Shown here: one piece after another, positions 31,134 through 39,815 of the stretch
Position numbering within the stretch: position 1 is the first letter of the stretch
Layout: the number at the start of each line of letters is the position of its first letter
Source of the DNA: Pseudomonadota bacterium
GTDB lineage: Bacteria > Pseudomonadota > Gammaproteobacteria > Steroidobacterales > Steroidobacteraceae
Assembly: GCA_021779535.1 (NCBI GenBank)
Contig: JAJYAM010000001.1
Span: 12,595 to 76,594, forward strand
Length of the DNA: 64,000 nucleotides
Direction of reading: 5' to 3'
Position numbers and translations under genes: made by a program
The notes under the pieces: model-generated
Seen by the model: the letters and a program-made list of their open reading frames with translations, nothing else
The model's database searches: none
What the model was told of the DNA's origin: nothing

Positions 31134-32125
31134 GACGCTTCCTCGACCTCGCCGATTTCACCCGCGAAGAGATCCTCGATCTGCTCGCGCTCGCGCAGTC
31201 CTTGCAGGATGCGCCGCAGCCGCGCGCGCTCGCCGGCAAGACACTCGGCCTGCTGTTCTTCAATCCGAGCTTGCGGACGCTGGCGTCGTTCCAGGCGGGC
31301 ATGGCCCGCCTCGGCGGCAGCTCGTTCGTGATCACGCCGGGACAGGGAACCTGGCAGCTCGAGACGCGGATGAACGCGGTGATGAACGGCGGCGCGGCCG
31401 AGCACATCCGAGAGGCGATTCCCGTGCTCGCGTCCTACTGCGATGCGCTCGGCGTGCGCGCGTTCGCCGAGGGCCGCAACCTCGATCTCGACCTCGGCGA
31501 GTCGCTGTTCCGCACGATCGATGCGCTGTGCGAGAAACCGCTCGTGAACCTCGAGTCCGCCGTCAATCACCCCTGCCAGGCGCTCGCCGACTGGCGAACG
31601 CTCGACGAGATCGGCGTGCCGCGCCGCGGAAAATTCGTGCTCAGCTGGGTCTACCACCCGCGGCCCCTGCCGCTCGCGGTCCCGGCCGCGACGCTGCACA
31701 TGGCGGCGCTGCGCGGGATGGAGGTCGTGGTGCTGCGTCCGCCGGGATTCGCGCTGCCGCCGGCCATCATGGAGAAGGCGCACCGCGCGGCCGCGGCGTC
31801 CGGCGGCAGCGTCTCGGAGACGGACGACCGGGCCGCCGCGCTCACCGGCGCCCAAGTGCTCTATGCGAAGGAATGGGGCACGACGACCTATTACGGGGAC
31901 GTCGAGGCCGATTCGCGGTTGCGCGCCGAGCTCGGGCAATGGTGCGTGCGCGAACGCTGGTTCGATGGCGCGGCCCCGGACGCGAAACTGATGCACTGCC
32001 TGCCGGTGCGTCGCAACGTCGCCGTCGCCGACGAGGTGCTGGACGGCCCACGGGCCGTCGTCAAGCGCGAAGCATTCAACCGTCTCGTGGTGCAGATGGC
32101 CGTGCTGCACCGCTTGCTCGCCTGA
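31130..32125 (+). CDS. N-acyl-L-ornithine carbamoyltransferase (ArgF', probably the N-acetylornithine type)
   Basis: 331 aa. FFNPSLRTLASF replaces the OTCase STRTR motif. HPCQALAD and HCLPVRRN are present. ATGA overlap with the argD stop. Confidence 0.8.
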   Translation: MRRFLDLADFTREEILDLLALAQSLQDAPQPRALAGKTLGLLFFNPSLRTLASFQAGMARLGGSSFVITPGQGTWQLETRMNAVMNGGAAEHIREAIPVLASYCDALGVRAFAEGRNLDLDLGESLFRTIDALCEKPLVNLESAVNHPCQALADWRTLDEIGVPRRGKFVLSWVYHPRPLPLAVPAATLHMAALRGMEVVVLRPPGFALPPAIMEKAHRAAAASGGSVSETDDRAAALTGAQVLYAKEWGTTTYYGDVEADSRLRAELGQWCVRERWFDGAAPDAKLMHCLPVRRNVAVADEVLDGPRAVVKREAFNRLVVQMAVLHRLLA

Positions 32126-32160
32126 GCGATCGCGGCGTCCCCTGGGAGTCCTGAGCCATC

Positions 32161-33108
32161 ATGATCAGCAGTCGACCGGATCCATCCATCGCCGTCCGCG
32201 CGCTGAAAAGCGCGACGCCGTACATTCGCATGTACAAAGGCAAGGTATTCGTGATCAAGGCGGGCGGCGCCGTCTTCAGCGATCGGGAGTCGACCCGCGC
32301 GCTGATCGAGCAGGTGGCCATCCTGCACCAGGTGGGCATCCGCACCGTGCTCGTGCACGGCGGCGGGCCGCAGCTCGACAGCATACAGGCGGCGCTCGGG
32401 GTCGAGACGCGCATGGTCGGCGGCAGGCGCGTGACGGACCAGAATTCGATCGAAGCGATCGCGATGGTGCTGAACGGGCTGATCAACACCCGGATCCTCG
32501 CGACCTGCCGGGAACTCGCGATCGAGGCGATCGGCCTGAGCGGCGTCGACGCGGGCCTGATCCGCGCTCACAAGCGCCCCCCCGTGCGCTCGCCGGACGC
32601 CGGCGGCGACCCGGTCGACTACGGCTTCGTCGGCGACATCGACACGGTCGACACCGCGGCGCTCGTGAAGCTCCTCGATGACGGCCTGATGCCGGTCGTG
32701 AGCCCGCTGTCCGCGGACGATCGAGGCACGCTCCTCAACGTCAACGCCGATACGGTCGCGGCGGCGATCGGCGCGAGTCTCGCCGCCGAGAAGCTCGTGC
32801 TGTGCACCGGCGCACCGGGGATCCTCGAGCGCCGGGACGATCCGAGATCGCTGGTCTCGTATACCGACCTCAAGGGATTGAAGCGGCTTCACGACCAAGG
32901 CAGTCTCGCCGACGGGATGCTGCCGAAGGCGGCCGCGATCGAGAACGCGATCCGCGGCGGCGTGCGCCGGGTGCACGTGATCACCTACAAGTCTCCCGAC
33001 AGCCTGCTCGCGGAAGTGTTCACGAACGAAGGGACCGGCACGCTCGTGGTGGCCGACCTGAACGCGCTGACGCCGGCCGAGCAGCAGGGCGCGGCCCGCC
33101 ACCCATGA
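32161..33108 (+). CDS. argB: acetylglutamate kinase (monofunctional, no GNAT extension)
   Basis: 315 aa. FVIKAGGA, LVHGGGPQ, NVNADTVA. Confidence 0.9.
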   Translation: MISSRPDPSIAVRALKSATPYIRMYKGKVFVIKAGGAVFSDRESTRALIEQVAILHQVGIRTVLVHGGGPQLDSIQAALGVETRMVGGRRVTDQNSIEAIAMVLNGLINTRILATCRELAIEAIGLSGVDAGLIRAHKRPPVRSPDAGGDPVDYGFVGDIDTVDTAALVKLLDDGLMPVVSPLSADDRGTLLNVNADTVAAAIGASLAAEKLVLCTGAPGILERRDDPRSLVSYTDLKGLKRLHDQGSLADGMLPKAAAIENAIRGGVRRVHVITYKSPDSLLAEVFTNEGTGTLVVADLNALTPAEQQGAARHP

Positions 33109-34295
33109 GCCGCCTCTGGGACAAGGGGAAGCCGCTCGACGCGAAGGTGCTCGCGTACACCGCGGGCGACGATCACGCGCTCGACGACCGCCTGGTGCGC
33201 TACGACGTCGAGGCGTCGATCGCGCATGCCGAGATGCTCGCCGCGCAGGGGCTGCTCGACGCGGCGGACCTGGCGGCGATCCGCGAAGCCCTGCTCCAGA
33301 TCGGCGCCGAGCATGCGCGCGGCGAATGGCGCGTCGCGCTCGAGGAAGAGGACGGCCAGACGGCGATCGAGATCCGCCTGACCGCGCGGATCGGGGCGAC
33401 CGGCGGCCGCATCCACGCGGGCCGATCCCGCAACGACCAGGTGCTCGCGGCCTTGCGGCTCTACCTGCGAGACGCGGCCGATGGACTGCGCGAAGGCGCC
33501 CTTGCGGTCGCGGATGCGCTGTCGCAACTCGCGGCGCGTCAGGGCTCGGTGCGGCTGCCCGGCTACACGCACATGCAGCAGGCGATGCCGAGCAGCGTCG
33601 GTCTCTGGGCCGAGGGCTTCGCGGCCGAGATTCGCGACGACGCGCAAGGGCTGCGCGAGACCGCGCGCCGGGCCGGCAAGAACCCGCTGGGCTCGGCGGC
33701 CGGCTACGGCACGCCGAACCTGCCGATCGACCGTGAGGCGACGCGCCGGCGCCTCGGGTTCGGCGAGATCCACACGCCGGTGACCGCGGTGCAGCTCTCG
33801 CGGGGCAAGGCCGAGGCCCAATTGCTCTTCGAGATCACCCTGCTGGCGCAGGACCTCGGCCGGCTCGCGGCGGACTTGCTGCTCTTCTACACGCAGGAGT
33901 TCGGGTTCGTGAGCCTGCCGGAGGAATTCACGACCGGCTCGTCGATCATGCCGCAGAAGCGCAACCCCGACGTGTTCGAGCTCGTCCGCGGACGCGGCGC
34001 GGTCGCGCACGCGGCGCTCGACGAGGTGCTGCGAATCACCGAGAAGCTGGGTTCCGGTTATCACCGCGACCTGCAGCTGATCAAGCCGCCGTTGTTCCGC
34101 GCGATCGACTCCTGCGCACGGACGCTCGACATCTTGCCGAGCGCGCTCGCCGGCGTGCGGTTCCATCCCGAGCGCATCCGGCTGGACCCGACGATCGACG
34201 CGGCCGCCCGGGCGAACGCCCTGGTCGTCGCCGAGGGGATCCCGTTTCGCGAAGCGTACCGGCGGATCGCGGCCGAGTTGCGCGAAGAACGCTAG
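33105..34295 (+). CDS. argH: argininosuccinate lyase (short, 396 aa)
   Basis: GRSRNDQV and the signature GSSIMPQKRNPD. ATGA overlap with the argB stop. Confidence 0.9.
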   Translation: MSRLWDKGKPLDAKVLAYTAGDDHALDDRLVRYDVEASIAHAEMLAAQGLLDAADLAAIREALLQIGAEHARGEWRVALEEEDGQTAIEIRLTARIGATGGRIHAGRSRNDQVLAALRLYLRDAADGLREGALAVADALSQLAARQGSVRLPGYTHMQQAMPSSVGLWAEGFAAEIRDDAQGLRETARRAGKNPLGSAAGYGTPNLPIDREATRRRLGFGEIHTPVTAVQLSRGKAEAQLLFEITLLAQDLGRLAADLLLFYTQEFGFVSLPEEFTTGSSIMPQKRNPDVFELVRGRGAVAHAALDEVLRITEKLGSGYHRDLQLIKPPLFRAIDSCARTLDILPSALAGVRFHPERIRLDPTIDAAARANALVVAEGIPFREAYRRIAAELREER

Positions 34296-34355
34296 CCGCC
34301 GCCGGCGCGGCATGCGCGACCGCGCCGCGACCGCGGTGCGGGCTATACTGAAACG

Positions 34356-34520
34356 ATGAAACTCCTGTGCGTGGCGGCCGCCGCCGCCTTGTTGACCGCC
34401 TGCGGCCAGCGCGGGCCGCTCGTGCTCCCCGACCGCAGCGCGCATCCCGCGGTCGTGACTCCCGCGCCCGCCGCCGCGGCGTCGGCCCCGTCCGCCGCGG
34501 GCGGCGCGCACGAGCCTTGA
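34356..34520 (+). CDS. lptM: small lipoprotein LptM (YifL/LppL family), 54 aa; not in the supplied ORF track
   Basis: My translation: MKLLCVAAAAALLTAC|GQRGPLVLP..., with lipobox LLTAC followed by the family signature C-G-x-(K/R)-G-P-L-x-L-P, then a Pro/Ala tail. Confidence 0.75.
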   Translation: MKLLCVAAAAALLTACGQRGPLVLPDRSAHPAVVTPAPAAAASAPSAAGGAHEP

Positions 34521-34546
34521 CGGCGTCGCGCGACGCAGGACCGACC

Positions 34547-37312
34547 GTGGCCGCGCCGAAACTCCTGCTCGTCGACGGATCCTCTTATCTGTATCGCGCA
34601 TTCCATGCGCTGCCGCCGCTCACGAACTCCCGCGGCGAGCCGACCGGTGCGGTGCTCGGCGTCGTGAACATGCTCAACAAGCTGATCAAGGATGAGAAGC
34701 CGGACCGGGTCGCGGTGGTCTTCGACGCGCCCGGCCGCACCTTCCGCGACGAGTTGTTCGAGCAATACAAGGCCCACCGGCCGCCGATGCCGGATGCGCT
34801 GCGCGCGCAGGTACAGCCACTCCTCGACGTCGTCGCGGCGATGGGTTTGCCGGTGCTGCGAATCCCGGGAGTCGAAGCCGACGACGTGATCGGTACGCTC
34901 GCGAAGCGCGCGGTCGCCGGCGGGTTCGTGGTGTCGATCTCCACCGGCGACAAGGACATCGCGCAACTCGTCGGCCCGAACATCGACCTCGTGAACACGA
35001 TGAGCGGCACGCGGCTCGACCCGGAAGGCGTCAAGGCGAAGTTCGACGTCCTCCCGGAACAGATGGTCGACTACCTCGCGCTGGTCGGCGATGCGTCCGA
35101 CAACATACCGGGCGTCTCCGGCGTCGGCCCGAAAACGGCCGCGAAATGGCTGGCGCAATACGGCTCGCTCGACGCGATCGTCGAACACGCCGGCGAGATC
35201 GCCGGCAAGGTCGGCGACAACCTGCGCGCCGAATTGCAGACGCTCGAGCTGTCGCGCCGGCTCGCGACGATCGTGACCGACGTGCCGATCGACGCGGGAC
35301 CGGAGACGCTGCGCGCGGCGCCACCGAATCGGGAGGCGCTGCGCGCGCTGTATGCGACGCTGGAATTCCGGTTGTTGCTGAAATCGCTCGACGACACCGG
35401 CGCGGTCGCGCCGGACCGCACCGCGGCCGCAGCCGCAACCGCAACCACCGTCGCGGCCACGGCCACGGCCACGGCCGCGCCGGCGCTCGGCGTGAGCGAC
35501 CTGCGACGATACGAGACCGTGACCGACCGGGCGGCGCTCGACGCCTGGCTCGCGAAGCTCGCGGTGGCGCCGCTGGTGTCCTTCGACACCGAGACCGACG
35601 ACCTGAACTATCTGCGGGCGCGGATCGTCGGCCTGTCCTTCGCGGTGACGCCGGGCGAAGCCGCGTACGTGCCGGTTGCTCACGACTACGTGGGGGCGCC
35701 CACGCAACTCGAGCGGGATGCGGTCCTCGGCGCGCTGCGGGCGTGGCTCGAGGATCCCGCGCGGGCGAAGGTCGGGCACCACCTGAAATACGACGCGCAC
35801 GTTCTGGCGAACCACGGCATCGCCCTCGCGGGCCAGCGGTACGACAGCATGCTCGAGTCGTACGTGCTGAACAGCACCGCGAGCCGTCACGACATGGACT
35901 CGGTCGCGGCGAAATATCTCGGGATCCGGACGATCCACTTCGAGGACGTCGCCGGCAAGGGGGCGAAGCAGATCAAGTTCAATCAGGTCGACGTGGCGCG
36001 CGCGGCCGAGTACGCCGCCGAGGACGCCGACGTGACCCTGCGATTGCATCGCGAGCTCTGGCCGCGAATCGAGGCGGTGCCCGCGCTGCGAACGCTCTAC
36101 GAAACGATCGAGCAGCCGCTCGTCGACGTGCTCTATCGCATGGAGCGCGCCGGCGTGCTGATCGACCCCGGCCGCCTGCGGACCCAGAGCGGCGAGCTCG
36201 CGCAGCGAATGGGCGAGGTGCAGCAAGCGGCGCACCGCGCGGCCGGCACGCCGTTCAATCTCGAATCGCCGAAGCAGCTCCAGGAGATCTTGTTCGGCCG
36301 GTTGGCGATTCCGCCGATGCGCAAGACGCCGACCGGCCAGCCGTCGACGGCGGAGGACGTGCTCGAGGAACTCGCGCTGGAGCACGAGCTGCCGCGCCTG
36401 ATTCTCGAGTATCGCGGCCTCGCGAAGCTCAAGTCGACGTACACCGACAAGCTGCCGGAGCAGATCGAGCCGTCGACCGGACGAATTCATACGTCCTATC
36501 ACCAGGCGGTCGCGGCGACCGGACGTCTGTCCTCGTCCGATCCGAACTTGCAGAACATCCCGATCCGGACGCCCGAAGGCCGCCGCATCCGTCGCGCATT
36601 CATCGCGCCGGAGGGCTTCGTGCTGGTCGCGGCGGACTATTCCCAGATCGAACTGAGAATCATGGCGCACCTGTCGGGCGATGCGGCCCTGCTGAGCGCG
36701 TTCGCGCAGGACCGGGACGTGCATCGCGCGACCGCGGCCGAAGTCCTCGGCCTGCCCGAGGATGCGGTCACCGCGGAGCAGCGCCGATCGGCGAAGGCGA
36801 TCAATTTCGGGCTGATCTACGGGATGTCGGCGTTCGGCCTCGCACGCCAGCTCGGGATCGGCCGCGCGGATGCGCAGGCCTACGTCGATCGATATTTCGA
36901 ACGGTATCCGGGCGTGAAGCGCTACATGGACGAGACGCGCGCACTCGCCCGCGAACGCGGATACGTCGAGACCGTGTTCGGTCGGCGCCTCTATCTGCCC
37001 GACATCCGTTCGAGCAATCCGTCGCAGCGGCAATATGCGGAACGCAGCGCGATCAACGCGCCGATGCAGGGAACCGCCGCCGACGTGATCAAGCGCGCGA
37101 TGATCGACGTCGACGCCTGGATCCGCCGGGAGCAGGTGCGCGCGCGCTTGATCATGCAAGTCCACGACGAACTCGTGCTCGAGGTCGCCGCGGACGCGGC
37201 CGACCCTGTCACGCAGGAACTGCGCGACCGGATGGCGGGCGCCGGCGGATCCTTGCGGGTCCCGCTCAAGGTCGACGTGGGCCGGGGCGACAACTGGGAC
37301 GAAGCGCACTGA
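34547..37312 (+). CDS. polA: DNA polymerase I
   Basis: 5'-nuclease N-terminus KLLLVDGSSYLYRAFHALP, 3'-5' exonuclease domain, and polymerase motifs DYSQIELRIMAH and QVHDELV. GTG at 34547 is the likely start within ORF 34367..37312. Confidence 0.95.
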   Translation: MAAPKLLLVDGSSYLYRAFHALPPLTNSRGEPTGAVLGVVNMLNKLIKDEKPDRVAVVFDAPGRTFRDELFEQYKAHRPPMPDALRAQVQPLLDVVAAMGLPVLRIPGVEADDVIGTLAKRAVAGGFVVSISTGDKDIAQLVGPNIDLVNTMSGTRLDPEGVKAKFDVLPEQMVDYLALVGDASDNIPGVSGVGPKTAAKWLAQYGSLDAIVEHAGEIAGKVGDNLRAELQTLELSRRLATIVTDVPIDAGPETLRAAPPNREALRALYATLEFRLLLKSLDDTGAVAPDRTAAAAATATTVAATATATAAPALGVSDLRRYETVTDRAALDAWLAKLAVAPLVSFDTETDDLNYLRARIVGLSFAVTPGEAAYVPVAHDYVGAPTQLERDAVLGALRAWLEDPARAKVGHHLKYDAHVLANHGIALAGQRYDSMLESYVLNSTASRHDMDSVAAKYLGIRTIHFEDVAGKGAKQIKFNQVDVARAAEYAAEDADVTLRLHRELWPRIEAVPALRTLYETIEQPLVDVLYRMERAGVLIDPGRLRTQSGELAQRMGEVQQAAHRAAGTPFNLESPKQLQEILFGRLAIPPMRKTPTGQPSTAEDVLEELALEHELPRLILEYRGLAKLKSTYTDKLPEQIEPSTGRIHTSYHQAVAATGRLSSSDPNLQNIPIRTPEGRRIRRAFIAPEGFVLVAADYSQIELRIMAHLSGDAALLSAFAQDRDVHRATAAEVLGLPEDAVTAEQRRSAKAINFGLIYGMSAFGLARQLGIGRADAQAYVDRYFERYPGVKRYMDETRALARERGYVETVFGRRLYLPDIRSSNPSQRQYAERSAINAPMQGTAADVIKRAMIDVDAWIRREQVRARLIMQVHDELVLEVAADAADPVTQELRDRMAGAGGSLRVPLKVDVGRGDNWDEAH

Positions 37313-37433
37313 GGTCCGTTCCCGCACCCCGCCGGTGGCGCGGCCGATCACCCGCGCCGCGGCTCGACATGGCGATAAAATTCTCGTTGTTTCATGAAGT
37401 TATATCGCGGGGCCGATCTTCTTCGAATCGCCC

Positions 37434-37461
37434 GGAACTTTCCCTGGGCGGCCCCCTCTAA
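37434..37461 (+). promoter_or_regulatory. sigma-E (RpoE/AlgU)-type promoter GGAACTT-N16-TCTAA
   Basis: GGAACTT 37434-37440, 16-nt spacer, TCTAA 37457-37461. It lies in the polA-engB intergenic region with no CDS downstream. Confidence 0.6.
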
Positions 37462-37467
37462 CTTCGT

Positions 37468-37584
37468 GAGCGACCCAATCGCTCCCCGCTCCTCTCCCTG
37501 AGCGGGTTGACCCGGTCTGTCATCCCCATGCCGGGTTGGTCTGCCCCGGTGGCTGCTTAACGGCGACCATCGGGGCTTTTTTTT
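37468..37584 (+). ncRNA. predicted about 117-nt sRNA at the polA-engB locus (positional equivalent of Spot42/ErsA)
   Basis: Bounded by the sigma-E promoter and an intrinsic terminator. Three perfect stem-loops: GAGCGA/TCGCTC 37468-37484; CCCGCTC/GAGCGGG 37485-37506 with loop CUCUCCCU; ACCCGG/CCGGGT 37510-37536 with a C-rich loop. Confidence 0.55.
37544..37584 (+). terminator. rho-independent terminator
   Basis: CCCCGGTGG (37544-52) pairs with CCATCGGGG (37567-75) with one G-U pair, followed by C and T8 (37577-84). Confidence 0.8.
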
Positions 37585-37593
37585 GCGCGTGGG

Positions 37594-38199
37594 TTACGCG
37601 GCGCCCTCGCCCTCGCCCTCGAGCCACTGCGAGAGCACGTCCCGCGCCGCGTCGATGCCCTGCCGCCCGTGAGCGGAGAACAGCTGCGCGCCGATGTCCG
37701 TGCCCGCGCATTCGGCCTGCGTCGCGCGCAACACCCGGATCGCCTCCTGACGGCCGAGCTTGTCGGCCTTGCTGAGCAGCACGTGCGCGCGCCGCCCACG
37801 CCCGAGCGCCCAGTTGAGCATCGCACGATCGAGCTCGCCGAGACCACGGCGCGCATCGACGATCAGCAGCAAACCGACCAGGGATTCCCGGCGCGCGAAG
37901 TAATCCCGCATCAACTCGTGCCAGCGGTCGCGCACCGCGGCGGGCACTTTCGCGAAACCGTAGCCCGGCAGATCCACGAGACGCCGGTCGGTCGCGAGTT
38001 CGAAGAAATTGATCAACTGGGTCCGGCCCGGCGTCCGACTCACCCGCGCGAGCCCCGACCGGCCCGTCACCGCGTTGATCGCGGTCGATTTACCCGCGTT
38101 CGAGCGCCCGGCGAACGCGACCTCGCGGCCGGTGTCGGCCACCAGCTGGCCGACACTCGCCGCACTTGTCAGGAATTTCACGTTCGCATAAGTCGACAT
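37594..38199 (-). CDS. engB: ribosome-biogenesis GTPase EngB/YihA
   Basis: 201 aa. GRSNAGKST, DLPGYG, SKADK. Confidence 0.9.
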   Translation of the reverse strand: MSTYANVKFLTSAASVGQLVADTGREVAFAGRSNAGKSTAINAVTGRSGLARVSRTPGRTQLINFFELATDRRLVDLPGYGFAKVPAAVRDRWHELMRDYFARRESLVGLLLIVDARRGLGELDRAMLNWALGRGRRAHVLLSKADKLGRQEAIRVLRATQAECAGTDIGAQLFSAHGRQGIDAARDVLSQWLEGEGEGAA

Positions 38200-38284
38200 G
38201 ATGGGTCGTTAGACGTAAATTATTGAGCGTAGTGTACAATTTACGGCCTCGAATGGTTCGGAATAGCATGGGGAAGAGCGCATC

Positions 38285-38893
38285 ATGAAGCGGTTGCTGA
38301 TCATCGGAATAGCGCTCGCCGGCGCGGTCGCCGGCGGCACGGCCCTCTCTGCGGGAAACGCCCAGGCGGGCGCCACCAAAGCCGTCGTGTGTCGTGCCTG
38401 CCACGGCGCGAACGGCAACAGCGTGAACCCGCAATGGCCGAGTTTGGCCGGCCTCGGTGCCGCGTACATCACCTATCAGCTGCAGAGCTTCAAGAGCGGC
38501 GCTCGGCAGAATCCGATCATGTCGGCGAACGCCGCCGCGTTGACGCCGCAGGACATGGAAGATCTCGGCGCCTACTTCGACAGCCTGCCGAACACCGGCC
38601 TGCAAGCCGACCCGCGGTACTGGAAGGCCGGCGAAGCGCTGTACCGAGGCGGCGACGCGTCCGACGGTATTCCGGCGTGCATGGGTTGCCACGGCCCGAC
38701 CGGCGCCGGCAACGAGCCGGGCAAGATCCCGGCGCTGCGCGGACAGCATGCGACCTACGTGATCACGCAGCTGCAGAATTACGCGAGCGGCGCGCGCGCG
38801 ACCGATCCGAACGCGATCATGCGCACGATCGCGAAGCGCTTGACGCCCGACCAGATGCGTGACGTGGCCGACTACACGAAGGGGTTGCGCTGA
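38285..38893 (+). CDS. dihaem cytochrome c4
   Basis: 202 aa. Signal peptide and two CxxCH sites (CRACHG, CMGCHG). Confidence 0.85.
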   Translation: MKRLLIIGIALAGAVAGGTALSAGNAQAGATKAVVCRACHGANGNSVNPQWPSLAGLGAAYITYQLQSFKSGARQNPIMSANAAALTPQDMEDLGAYFDSLPNTGLQADPRYWKAGEALYRGGDASDGIPACMGCHGPTGAGNEPGKIPALRGQHATYVITQLQNYASGARATDPNAIMRTIAKRLTPDQMRDVADYTKGLR

Positions 38894-39750
38894 TGCTCCG
38901 CGCGACTCGTATCGCCTGGGTGCTCGGGCTCGGCCTGCTCGTCGCCGCGTGCGCGAAACATCCCACCGGCGGCGCCGCCAACCCGGCCGGCACGACCGCG
39001 GCCACGCAGCCGTCGTCGATGTCGCTCGCAGCCTCCACGGTGGGGCAGCTGAACGAGCGCTCGGAGACCGTCGACAAGGCGAAAGGCAATACCGGCGAGC
39101 ACAATCCGCTCTACGAAGCGGTCGCCGCCGTCTCCGACACCGCGCAAGCGGAGTCGCTGTCCGGACCGTCGATGTGGCAGGAGGGCGTGAACTACACGCG
39201 CCTGGTACCGGCGCAACCGACGTTCGCGCCGCCCGGCCAGGTCGAGGTGATCGAGTTCTTCTGGTACGCCTGCCCGCACTGCTACGCGCTCGATCCCATC
39301 ATCGAGGCCTGGCTCAAGACGAAGGCCCCGTACATCTCGTTCTATCGAATCCCGGTGATGTGGGGACCGAGTCAACGCGCCCTCGCGCGTCTCTATTACA
39401 CCCTGCAGAGCCTCGGTAAGATCGACCAGCTGCACACGGCGATCTTCAACGAGATCCACGTGAACAACGATCCGCTGACCGGGAACACCGACGCGCAGTC
39501 GGAGCAGATGCAGCTCGCCTTCGTGACCAAGCACGGCGTCTCCGCGCAGGCGTTCCAGAACGCGTACCGTTCCTTCACGGTCGAGACCGATCTGCGGCAC
39601 GCCGACGAAGAGATGGAGCGCTACCACATCACCGGCGTGCCGACGTTCGTGATCAACGGCAAGTACGTCGCCGACGTCGGTACCGCGGGCGGCGAACAAC
39701 GCCTGATGAGCCTCGTCAGCGACCTCGCGGCGCTCGAGCACAAGCACTGA
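38893..39750 (+). CDS. dsbA: thiol:disulfide oxidoreductase DsbA with lipobox and a long N-terminal linker
   Basis: FFWYACPHCY active site and VPTFVINGKY. The N-terminal LLVAAC lipobox plus an extension of about 90 aa is atypical for DsbA. Confidence 0.85.
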   Translation: MLRATRIAWVLGLGLLVAACAKHPTGGAANPAGTTAATQPSSMSLAASTVGQLNERSETVDKAKGNTGEHNPLYEAVAAVSDTAQAESLSGPSMWQEGVNYTRLVPAQPTFAPPGQVEVIEFFWYACPHCYALDPIIEAWLKTKAPYISFYRIPVMWGPSQRALARLYYTLQSLGKIDQLHTAIFNEIHVNNDPLTGNTDAQSEQMQLAFVTKHGVSAQAFQNAYRSFTVETDLRHADEEMERYHITGVPTFVINGKYVADVGTAGGEQRLMSLVSDLAALEHKH

Positions 39751-39757
39751 CCGCCTC

Positions 39758-39786
39758 GGCCGCGGCGAGCCCGGGGCGCCGCGGCC
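39758..39786 (+). terminator. GC-rich hairpin after dsbA (possible terminator, weak T-tract)
   Basis: GGCCGCGGCG (39758-67) pairs with CGCCGCGGCC (39777-86), a perfect 10-bp stem, followed by CTTTCCC. Confidence 0.35.
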
Positions 39787-39815
39787 CTTTCCCTCCCGAG
39801 ACCCTCGGAGTCCGC

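Noticed and set aside
34344-34358. Leaderless lptM mRNA from the TATACT hexamer
   Set aside because: There is no credible -35 or extended -10 element (the upstream sequence is cgcgcc...ggc). lptM may simply be read through from argH. It is kept only as a remark.
34343-37351. 1002-aa ORF antisense to polA
   Set aside because: It is a shadow ORF. The opposite strand encodes full-length DNA polymerase I with all conserved motifs.
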